Shown one piece after another: positions 46,598-54,485 of a DNA stretch of 64,000 nt. The first letter of the stretch is position 1. Each line of letters starts with the position of its first letter. Origin of the DNA: Chloroflexota bacterium. GTDB taxonomy: Bacteria; Chloroflexota; Limnocylindria; Limnocylindrales; CSP1-4. The position numbers and the translations under genes were made by a program. The notes under the pieces were generated by a model. It made no database searches. It was not told where the DNA came from and saw nothing but the letters and a program-made list of their open reading frames with translations. The stretch covers positions 3,452-67,451 of the forward strand of contig JBDTQW010000002.1 of assembly GCA_039931975.1 (NCBI GenBank). The letters are read 5' to 3'.

Positions 46598-48234
46598 CAG
46601 GGACAGCCGATCTCGAAGACCAGGGTCTTCGCTAGGGAGCGAGCATCCGCCGGGTCGCTCGGCGGAGGGCCGAGGTCGAGCGCGTGGAAGCAGTCGGCCC
46701 CTGGCACCGCCGATGCCAGGACCTCCGGCCATCGCCCATGGTCGTCGTCGGCCATGACCAGGTACCGCGTGCCGCTGAACGCAGCCGCCAGCTCCATCAC
46801 GGCGGCCGGGCTCTCGTCGGGCAGGGCCAGAGTACGGATCCGCAGCGCTTCGGCTAGCCAGATCGGGAAGTCAGTCACGACCGGCCCGGAGGTGGCATCC
46901 AGGGGGCGGCCGATGGCGGCCATCCGTTCGGCCAACAGCTCGTAGCGCCGGGCGACCTGGGCGGATTGGTCGGCGTACCCGGTGAGGGCGACGCTGAACA
47001 GCATCGCCGAGGCGATCGTCAGCGTGGGTCCAAGCCAGGCCACCGGCCGGGTCCAGCCGCGCCAGGCACCGGCGCGCTCGACCAGCGCATCGAGGGCCAA
47101 CAGGGCGCTGACGATGAGCAGCACGTGGATCGCCCCGGCAGCGTGGAGGAAGGTGCCCCACGTCGTCGCCACCGGGAAGAGCAGGCTGGTGACCAGGAAG
47201 CTGACGATGGCGAACATGACCAACGGTCGAAGGGAGCGCGCCCGGCCGGTCCACGGCAGCGCCGCTAGTCCGATCAGCGAGACCGGGAAGCCCGGGGCCA
47301 GGAGGACGTTTGCAAGGTTGTGCCACATCCCCTCGATCCGGAGCTCGAACAGGCGGGCCGGACCGATGGCCAGGTAGCGGGCCAGCGTCGGCGGGTCCCT
47401 GAAGGCAAAGATGTCGAAACCGGTGACCGACAGGGCGTTGGCCAACGCCTGGCCAGGCAACGGGTTGCCGAAGGCGATCCAGTCGCGGATCGCCCAGGGA
47501 GCGAAGACGAGCACGGCGACCGCGGCCGGGACCAGGACCAGGCCGCGGCGCAGTCCACGTGCGCCCTGCCACCACGCGAGACCGGCCCAGGTCAGGGCGA
47601 TGAGGGCGGCCTCGTTGCGGGTCAGGGCCGCCAGGCCCAGGACGAGACCCAGCCCGAGGAGGCGACCGTCGCGCAGGAGGCTGCCCGATGGCGGTGCGCG
47701 CAGCAGGCGGGTCATCAGCAGGGTCCCGGTCAGGGCCAGGGCGGCGAAGGGCATGGTCGAGTCGGGCAGTGCGCCGAACAGGACGAGCGGGAGGAAGACC
47801 GCGGCGGTCAGGCCGGTCCCGATGGCCAGCGTCCGTGCTCGGCCGACCGGGAAGTCGCGCTCCTCGGCGACATCCGCGGCGAGGCGCCAGGCGAGGACGG
47901 GCACGAGCGAGCCGACCAGGACGGCTGAGATCTTGGCCGCGTCAAACGTCGGACCCAGGAGAGCCATCGCCGGCAGCGTCAACACGCTTGGCAGCGGCAG
48001 CCAGACCTCGAACGCAGGCCGCGGGAAGACGAGCGGTGGGGTCTGGAAGCTCCAGATCGCGTCACTGACCAGCCCTCTGCCCTCGATCACGTTGCGGGCC
48101 ACACCGACGTAATAGGCCGTGTCCTCGGGGGTCGGGAAAGCGAGGCTGGAGGCGAACACGACCCGGACGGCCAGTGCCGCCACGAAGACCAACCCGGCGC
48201 TCAGCCACGCCTCGCGCGCCGTCATCGGACGCAT
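46597..48234 (-). CDS. GT-C fold membrane glycosyltransferase, PMT_2/GT39-like, paralogue A
   Basis: 545 aa and polytopic. The first-loop acidic motif is PTPEDTAYYVGVARN. It has a C-terminal soluble domain. Confidence 0.7.
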   Translation of the reverse strand: MRPMTAREAWLSAGLVFVAALAVRVVFASSLAFPTPEDTAYYVGVARNVIEGRGLVSDAIWSFQTPPLVFPRPAFEVWLPLPSVLTLPAMALLGPTFDAAKISAVLVGSLVPVLAWRLAADVAEERDFPVGRARTLAIGTGLTAAVFLPLVLFGALPDSTMPFAALALTGTLLMTRLLRAPPSGSLLRDGRLLGLGLVLGLAALTRNEAALIALTWAGLAWWQGARGLRRGLVLVPAAVAVLVFAPWAIRDWIAFGNPLPGQALANALSVTGFDIFAFRDPPTLARYLAIGPARLFELRIEGMWHNLANVLLAPGFPVSLIGLAALPWTGRARSLRPLVMFAIVSFLVTSLLFPVATTWGTFLHAAGAIHVLLIVSALLALDALVERAGAWRGWTRPVAWLGPTLTIASAMLFSVALTGYADQSAQVARRYELLAERMAAIGRPLDATSGPVVTDFPIWLAEALRIRTLALPDESPAAVMELAAAFSGTRYLVMADDDHGRWPEVLASAVPGADCFHALDLGPPPSDPADARSLAKTLVFEIGCP

Positions 48235-49910
48235 CGCGGGTCGTCGGCAGCGAGGCAGACGGGAAAGAGGGCCGCGTCCGAGCCGCTCCCGCTGGGCGGT
48301 GCTCCGGCGGCACCGAGCGCCGTGGCGGCACCCAGCGCCCCATCGGCCCCGGCCGGGATCGTGGCAGGTTCACGCCAGATGGCCCGGCCGATCCAACTCG
48401 CGCGAGGCGCGTCGTCCTGCAGGAGACCGGCCAGCGCCTGAACCGTGTCGCGCCGCTCGACCAGCAGCCACCGTGCTCCGTACGCCTGGGCGACGCGCTC
48501 GACGGTAGCGATGGCGTCGTCCGGGGCGACGACTCCCGGATGGCCGGTCCAGTACTTCACGCCTCCGGTGTCGAGGCTCATGACCACGTCGCTGGGCGCG
48601 GCCCCCGCCTGGGCCAGGGCGGTCCCGGCGGCGACCTTGATGGCGCGCTCCTCCGCCCAGGCGGTCCGGGTCGCGAACGAGAACCCGATCCCGACGAGCA
48701 TGGTCAGCACGACGGCGCCGCCGACGAATACCCGGCTGGCCTCAGCCGCATCCCAGCCCCGACGCCGGAGAGCGACCCAGGCGACGAGGCCGACGACGCC
48801 CTCCAGGGCCAGGATCGAGGCCTGCGGGGCGAGGGCGATCGCCGAATGGATGAACGTGCCGTTCGGCACGTGGACCGCCGAGATCAGCGCGGAGAACGCG
48901 AACAGGATGGCGGCATAGACGAAGAACGGGGTGAAGTACGGTGAGCTGCGGCGCAGCCAGGCGCCCACGACGATCAGTGGCGCGAGGACCAATCCCGCGA
49001 CCAGGACGACAAAGCTGATGACCGCCTGCGCCAGACCAACGAGCCGGCTCGAGACGAGCGGGCCGAGGCCCTGGCCGAGGAAGGTCGACAGGGTCGGGTG
49101 ACCCTCGATCGAGTTCATCTCGGCGAGCGATCGGATCCACAGGATCCGGCCCGACGCCGACGACGGCGAGATCGAGCCGAAGACGGCCAGCTGACGCGCC
49201 CACCAGGGCCCCATGACCAGCACGAACAGGCCGAGCGAGGCGATCGCCGACCACCACGGCAGGACTGCCGGCCGAGCCGTCCGCCAGGCCCGGTACCGAT
49301 GCCACAGGAAGAGCAGCCCGAGTGCGGCCCCCACCAGGACGCCGTCGTTCCGGGCCAGCATCGCCAGGCCGACCAGCGCGCCCGCCGCGGCGAACGCCCG
49401 GGCGTCTCCCTTGAGGCCGCGGGCGCCCAGCCACAGGGCGCCGAGGACGATCGGCTGGTAGAGCGAGAAGTTGTCCGGCTGGGCCATGAATACCACCGCC
49501 GCAGGGACCGCCACGAGCAGACCCGCCCCGAGCGCGACATCGCGCCGCGCTCCGGCCTCGGTGGCGAAGGCCCAGGTCATCGGCGCGGCGAGCGAGCCGA
49601 TCAGGGCGAAGGGCAGGGCCGACGCCCAGGCGGTGGGGCCAAGAACGGCCAGGAACGGGACCTGGACCAGCGCGGCCAGCGGCATCCAATGGGCGTTGCT
49701 GGGGATCGGCAGGGTCGGTTGGGCCGGGATCGAGCCGCCAAGGTCGACGAAGGTCCAGATGAAGTCGATGTTGAATCCGTGCCCGGCCTGGAGGGCCCGA
49801 GCGACGTTGACGTAATAGTAGGAATCAACGTAGGCCGGGTCCGGATATTGAGCGATCAAGACCAGCCGCACGAGCGCGGCGAACGCGTAGAGACCGAGGG
49901 CGGTTCGCAT
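48222..49910 (-). CDS. GT-C fold membrane glycosyltransferase, PMT_2/GT39-like, paralogue B
   Basis: 562 aa and polytopic. The first loop is PDPAYVDSYYYVNVARAL. It has a C-terminal soluble domain and overlaps paralogue A by 13 nt. Confidence 0.7.
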   Translation of the reverse strand: MRTALGLYAFAALVRLVLIAQYPDPAYVDSYYYVNVARALQAGHGFNIDFIWTFVDLGGSIPAQPTLPIPSNAHWMPLAALVQVPFLAVLGPTAWASALPFALIGSLAAPMTWAFATEAGARRDVALGAGLLVAVPAAVVFMAQPDNFSLYQPIVLGALWLGARGLKGDARAFAAAGALVGLAMLARNDGVLVGAALGLLFLWHRYRAWRTARPAVLPWWSAIASLGLFVLVMGPWWARQLAVFGSISPSSASGRILWIRSLAEMNSIEGHPTLSTFLGQGLGPLVSSRLVGLAQAVISFVVLVAGLVLAPLIVVGAWLRRSSPYFTPFFVYAAILFAFSALISAVHVPNGTFIHSAIALAPQASILALEGVVGLVAWVALRRRGWDAAEASRVFVGGAVVLTMLVGIGFSFATRTAWAEERAIKVAAGTALAQAGAAPSDVVMSLDTGGVKYWTGHPGVVAPDDAIATVERVAQAYGARWLLVERRDTVQALAGLLQDDAPRASWIGRAIWREPATIPAGADGALGAATALGAAGAPPSGSGSDAALFPVCLAADDPRCVR

Positions 49911-49919
49911 CGCCGGTGC

Positions 49920-49928
49920 AGCCTAGCA
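49920..49928 (-). promoter_or_regulatory. Extended -10-like TGCTAGGCT, 9 nt upstream of the ATG at 49910
   Basis: The minus strand reads ggTGCTAGGCTgcaccggcgATG with no SD. It heads the minus-strand block 49910 to about 43214. Confidence 0.35.
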
Positions 49929-50010
49929 CCGGGCACCCCGGACTCAGCCCGGTACGAATCACCCATGACCGGCGCCATCCGGGGCGGTATTGAGCCGCGT
50001 TCGCGGGGGG

Positions 50011-50016
50011 TAGCAT
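50011..50016 (+). promoter_or_regulatory. -10-like TAGCAT, 9 nt upstream of the ATG at 50026
   Basis: gggGGTAGCATcgccctcggATG with no SD. It is divergent from the previous element. Confidence 0.35.
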
Positions 50017-50025
50017 CGCCCTCGG

Positions 50026-50874
50026 ATGAGCCTCTCGAACCGGTTCTGGACCCTGACCCCACCCTCGCCGATCGTGCGTCGCGCGCTGCGCGACGGACTC
50101 GCCTTCGCTGGCCTCGCCTTCGCCGCGTACCTGTTTCTCGTGGTGGCTCCGACGGCCGGGACGTTCGGCTTCGATGCCTATGCCTACTGGTCGCTCGACC
50201 TGACCAACCCGTACGCCGTACCTGCCGGGACCTTCGGTGCGTTCACCTACACGCCGGTGATCGCGCGGCTGTTCGCTACGTTCGGCCTGCTGAGCTGGCC
50301 GGCCTTCGTCTGGCTCTGGTCGGCCCTCCTGGTCGCGACCGTCGTGTGGCTCGGTTGGCGGAACGCGCTCCTGCTCTTGGCCTTCCCACCGGTCGCGCTC
50401 GAGCTGTACCACGGCAACGTCCACCTCCTCATGGCGGCGGCGATCGCACTCGGTTTCCGCTATCCAGTCGCCTGGTCGTTCGTGCTGCTGACCAAGGTGA
50501 CCCCGGGAGTCGGCCTGGTCTGGTTCGCCGTCCGCCGGGAGTGGCGACCTCTGGCGATCGCACTCGGCTCTACCGCGGTGGTCGTCGTGGCTTCTCTGCT
50601 GATCGACGGCAGCCTATGGATAGCCTGGCTCGACGAGAGCATCCTCAAGACGGCCAGCGGCGCGCCATTCAACCAGTTCTCGATCGCGATCCCGCTCCTC
50701 GTCCGGTTGCCGGTGGCGGTGCTGCTCGTCGCCTGGGGCGCTCTGACCGACCGGCGCTGGACGGTCCCGGTGGCAGCGACCCTGGCCCTGCCCATCCTGT
50801 GGCCCAGTGGCTTGGCCGTCCTCGCCGCGCTGTGGCCGATCCTCCAGCGCCGGCCGGAGCTCGAGCCAGCCTGA
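50026..50874 (+). CDS. DUF2029/GT87-like polyprenol-phosphate-sugar-dependent glycosyltransferase
   Basis: 282 aa and polytopic. Seen: GFDAYAYWSL...FTYTPVIARLF and ...LTKVTPGVGLVWF. Confidence 0.65.
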   Translation: MSLSNRFWTLTPPSPIVRRALRDGLAFAGLAFAAYLFLVVAPTAGTFGFDAYAYWSLDLTNPYAVPAGTFGAFTYTPVIARLFATFGLLSWPAFVWLWSALLVATVVWLGWRNALLLLAFPPVALELYHGNVHLLMAAAIALGFRYPVAWSFVLLTKVTPGVGLVWFAVRREWRPLAIALGSTAVVVVASLLIDGSLWIAWLDESILKTASGAPFNQFSIAIPLLVRLPVAVLLVAWGALTDRRWTVPVAATLALPILWPSGLAVLAALWPILQRRPELEPA

Positions 50875-50884
50875 GATTCCCGAG

Positions 50885-52015
50885 TCAGCGCTGCGGCTGG
50901 GGCTGCGGGGCGTCGACCGGGTCGGGCTCGAGCCAGGCTGGCCAGCGCTCACCGGCGGCCAGGGCGCCGCTGACCAGGGCGACCCCCAGCCACAGACCGA
51001 CCAGCGTGTAGCTGGCGATGCACAGCGCCGCGACGAGGGCCAGTTCGCGTCGGACGGTCAGCATCGCCGGCAGGAGCGTGAGCACCCCGAACATGCGCAG
51101 GCTCGGGCTGCCGACGATCATCAGGATCCCCAGCCACGCCGCGGCCCGGTGACGTGGGAGGAAGAAGGTGGCGACCATCGTGCCCAGCGCGAGCGCCAGG
51201 CCGGCGCCAGCCGGCAAGCCTCGCGCCAGGCCGGCCCCACCAAGGATCCAGGCCGGATCCGCGGCGCGTCCGAGCTGGGACAGCCAGTCGAGCCATAGCG
51301 CAGGCCCCGTCAGCGCCAGGCTGAGGATCATCGTGACGCCGAGGGTGGTGAGACCCAGCAGCGCCGCTCCCGGCCGGCGCCGCACGAGGAGGATCCATGG
51401 GTGCGCCTGTGATGGCTTGACGGCACCGTTGACGACCGCGAGCAGCCCGTCCACCCAGGCCGGCCGGGCGTCCTCACCGGGGACCCGCTCGAGCGGATGG
51501 AACCCGGCTCGCGCCGGCGGCTTGAACAGAAGACCGACAAATGCGGCGAAGAGGATGACCTGCACGTTCCCGCCGAGCAGCCCCTCGAGGAACGGCGGCC
51601 AGAGGAGGACGAACGGGACCCAGGGCCACGGGATCGCCAGTCGCCGGCACGTCCAGATCGCCACGGCCACCCCGACGGCCAACCATGCGGCGACCACAAG
51701 CCCGGCGGGCAGGCGTGCCAGGGGCGCGATGACCGGGAGCACGAACGGCGGGTACAGGAACGGCAGATCGGGTCCGACCGGGGCTTGAAAGCTGGCGGCC
51801 AGATACGGCTGACCGCCATCCAGCCATCGTCGTGCGGCGCGCAGCGGTATCTCGACGTCGACTCCGACCGGATACCCGACGAGGAGGTCCTTCACGGCTA
51901 GGACCACCGCGATCCCGGTAAGGATCCATAGCCCGCACCGGAGCAACCTGTCGGGCATGCCCGACGCGTCCAGGGCGCCCGCTACCGGCGATCGTCCGGC
52001 CATGGTCGGTGGCAT
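50885..52015 (-). CDS. DUF2029/GT87-like glycosyltransferase
   Basis: 376 aa and polytopic. Seen: VDVEIPLRAARRWLDGGQPYL...FLYPPFVLPVIAPLA. It is convergent with the previous gene across a 10-bp gap. Confidence 0.65.
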   Translation of the reverse strand: MPPTMAGRSPVAGALDASGMPDRLLRCGLWILTGIAVVLAVKDLLVGYPVGVDVEIPLRAARRWLDGGQPYLAASFQAPVGPDLPFLYPPFVLPVIAPLARLPAGLVVAAWLAVGVAVAIWTCRRLAIPWPWVPFVLLWPPFLEGLLGGNVQVILFAAFVGLLFKPPARAGFHPLERVPGEDARPAWVDGLLAVVNGAVKPSQAHPWILLVRRRPGAALLGLTTLGVTMILSLALTGPALWLDWLSQLGRAADPAWILGGAGLARGLPAGAGLALALGTMVATFFLPRHRAAAWLGILMIVGSPSLRMFGVLTLLPAMLTVRRELALVAALCIASYTLVGLWLGVALVSGALAAGERWPAWLEPDPVDAPQPQPQR

Positions 52016-52022
52016 CCGGCCG

Positions 52023-52028
52023 AATGTA
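52023..52028 (-). promoter_or_regulatory. -10-like TACATT, 7 nt upstream of the ATG at 52015
   Basis: The minus strand reads cggtgTACATTcggccggATG with no SD. Confidence 0.4.
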
Positions 52029-52105
52029 CACCGTGCTCGGACCCGCTCGCGGCCGTGAGTCGTTCCGGGTCGTCACCCGCGGGCCACCCGCACGGCCGGT
52101 CGCCT

Positions 52106-52114
52106 TGCTAGCCT
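52106..52114 (+). promoter_or_regulatory. Extended -10-like TGCTAGCCT, 6 nt upstream of the ATG at 52121 (leaderless head of the 52121-62954 operon)
   Basis: ccTTGCTAGCCTtccggcATG with no SD. Confidence 0.45.
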
Positions 52115-52120
52115 TCCGGC

Positions 52121-53377
52121 ATGCAGCCAATGCGCGACCGGACGTCGGGCTCGGACCCGGCCGAGACCGATCGTCGAACACTGGCATTCGGCCTGGGGGC
52201 CGTCGCTCTCTCGTTCCTCATCTACGTGCTGGCCAGCCTTCGATTCGATGCTGGTCGGCCTGACTTCTTCTACCTGGCGGACGCCTTCCTGCACGGCCGC
52301 CTGTGGCTGGACCGGACATTCGGGCCGTGGGACAACGTGATCATCGGCGACCGCGTATACGTCCCGTTCGCCCCGTTCCCGGCCATCGCCTTCACTCCGC
52401 TCGTCGCGTTGATCGGACCGGTCGCGGCTGATCGTTGGGAGCAGATCATCGACGCAGCTATCGCTGCGATCGATGTCGGCCTGTGCTGGTGGCTGATGGG
52501 TCGGCTGGGGGTGCGGACCGTGGTCGAACGGATCTGGCTCGTCTTCCTGCTCGGGTTCAGTACCCAGATCCTGTGGGTGACGACCCGCGGCGGCGTGTGG
52601 CACACGGGCCACCTCATCGCGATGCTGCTCACCTTGACGGGTCTGGTCGAGACGTTCGGCCGGCGACGCCCGTGGCTCCTCGGCCTGTTGGTTGGAGCCG
52701 CCTTCCTGACCAGGGCGCCGCTCGCTCTCGCCGCCCCGTTCTTCGCCTGGGTCGTGGCCGACCGGGAAGGGGTGCGCTCATTATTCGCTCCCTCATCGTG
52801 GCCGTGGCGTTCGTGGCTGGTCTATGGCATCGCCATCGCCCCGGCGGTCTTGTTCGCGCTGTGGTACAACGCGGTGCGGTTCCGATCGCCACTAGAGTCG
52901 GGGTATGGGCTGGCGTCGCTCCCCGAGTTCCTGGCGGTGGAGCGCGCTCAAGGCCTCTTCTCGATCAGCCACCTCAACGCGAACATCGACTACCTGCTGC
53001 TCAAGCTGCCGAAGCTGTTCGAGAGCCGCCCCGACGGCTCGATCGCCTGGTTCCTGCCACCTCGACCGGACGGACTTGGCATGTCGATCCTGCTGACCAG
53101 CCCGGGCCTGCTCCTGGCGCTGCGGGCCGACTGGCGCTCGCGGATGACCATCGCCCTCGGGCTGACTGCCCTCGCCGTCCTGATCCCGAGCCTGCTCTAC
53201 TACGGCGGCGGGTGGCTTCAGTACGGCTACCGCTATGCGCTGGACTCCATCCCCTTCGTCATCGCGATGGTGGGACTTGCGGTCGCTCGCCATGGCCTCC
53301 CGGCCTGGGGCAAGGTGCTCATCGTGTTCGGCATGGTGATCAACGTGCTCGGGGTGTACTGGGCGTACAACCTCTGA
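52121..53377 (+). CDS. GT-C fold membrane glycosyltransferase (ArnT/PMT-like, family unassigned)
   Basis: 418 aa and polytopic. The first loop is PDFFYLADAFLHGRLWLD...DRVYVPFAPFPAIAF. Confidence 0.6.
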   Translation: MQPMRDRTSGSDPAETDRRTLAFGLGAVALSFLIYVLASLRFDAGRPDFFYLADAFLHGRLWLDRTFGPWDNVIIGDRVYVPFAPFPAIAFTPLVALIGPVAADRWEQIIDAAIAAIDVGLCWWLMGRLGVRTVVERIWLVFLLGFSTQILWVTTRGGVWHTGHLIAMLLTLTGLVETFGRRRPWLLGLLVGAAFLTRAPLALAAPFFAWVVADREGVRSLFAPSSWPWRSWLVYGIAIAPAVLFALWYNAVRFRSPLESGYGLASLPEFLAVERAQGLFSISHLNANIDYLLLKLPKLFESRPDGSIAWFLPPRPDGLGMSILLTSPGLLLALRADWRSRMTIALGLTALAVLIPSLLYYGGGWLQYGYRYALDSIPFVIAMVGLAVARHGLPAWGKVLIVFGMVINVLGVYWAYNL

Positions 53378-53405
53378 TGGACGGCGGCCATCGCGTGACG
53401 GTCTC

Positions 53406-54485
53406 GTGACGCCCCTGCGTGGCCTGATCGGGGCCGTGGCGCTGTCCCGGGCGATCGTCCTCCTGGCGGCGTTCCTGGCCGAGAACGTCGTCGCTCGGAA
53501 TCCGGCCCTGACCTCGGGTGACAGCTCGCCGATCCTGCGAAGCCTGACGTCGTGGGACGGCTGGTGGTATTTGGGGATCGTCCGCGATGGCTATCACGTC
53601 CAGCCGATCGTGGACGCGTATCACGACTATGCGTTCCTGCCGGTGTGGCCGGGGCTGATCCGGGTGCTCTCGTGGCCCTGGCCCGAATACGCGGGGCTCG
53701 TCAGCATCATCGTGGCCAACACGTGCTTCGTCATCGGGCTGGCCCTGTTCGTGAAGCTCGGCCGGGTCGCCCTGGGCGACGATCGGGCCGTCCGCGGCGC
53801 CGCCTTGCTCGCGCTCATGCCCTTCAGCGCAGTCTTCTCGATGGCCTATGCCGAGAGTCTCTTCCTGGTCCTTTCCGCCGGCGCTTTCCTGGCCGCGGAA
53901 CGGGACCGCCGGACCCTGGCCGGGATCCTGCTCGGGGTGGCAGCGTTGACCAGGTTGCAGGGGGCCGTCCTGGCGCTGCCGGTCTGGCTGATCCTGGTCC
54001 TGCGTGACGGTCGGCGCCTTCGCCCGACCCAGGCCTGGGTCCTCCTGGGACCGCTGGCCGCGATCGGATTCGTGGCGGCGGTGGGCATGTTCACAGGAGG
54101 TTCTGACGCCTATGGGGCTGCGCAGGCTGCCTGGGGCCGGGCTGGGCTCGGGGCCGCCGCCGCGGACCAGTCTCTGGCCGGATCGTTCTCGATCATCAAC
54201 GCGGTGCAGCTCCTGACCCTGCTAATGGCCGTGTTCGGCCTGGTCTACATCCGCGCCGATCGGATCCCGTTGCCGTACGTTCTCGTCGTGGTGCTGCCGC
54301 TTCTGCTGGTCTTCGCCAGCGGAACGCTCGAGTCGGTCGGACGACACGTGACCAGCGCCGTGCCCAACGCCTGGATCCTCGCCGGACGCCGGTCGACCTG
54401 GTTCCGGATAGGCTGGCCTGCGGTGTCAGCGATAACTCTGCTTGTGATCAGTACGGCGATGTTCGCCGGGAGGTTTGTTCCGTGA
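53406..54485 (+). CDS. PIG-V / Mannosyl_trans2-like (GT76-like) membrane mannosyltransferase
   Basis: SWDGWWYLGIVRDGY...YAFLPVWPGLIR matches the PIG-V family signature as I recall it (WDa.wY..IA..GY...aFfPlyP). About 9 TM segments. Confidence 0.6.
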   Translation: MTPLRGLIGAVALSRAIVLLAAFLAENVVARNPALTSGDSSPILRSLTSWDGWWYLGIVRDGYHVQPIVDAYHDYAFLPVWPGLIRVLSWPWPEYAGLVSIIVANTCFVIGLALFVKLGRVALGDDRAVRGAALLALMPFSAVFSMAYAESLFLVLSAGAFLAAERDRRTLAGILLGVAALTRLQGAVLALPVWLILVLRDGRRLRPTQAWVLLGPLAAIGFVAAVGMFTGGSDAYGAAQAAWGRAGLGAAAADQSLAGSFSIINAVQLLTLLMAVFGLVYIRADRIPLPYVLVVVLPLLLVFASGTLESVGRHVTSAVPNAWILAGRRSTWFRIGWPAVSAITLLVISTAMFAGRFVP

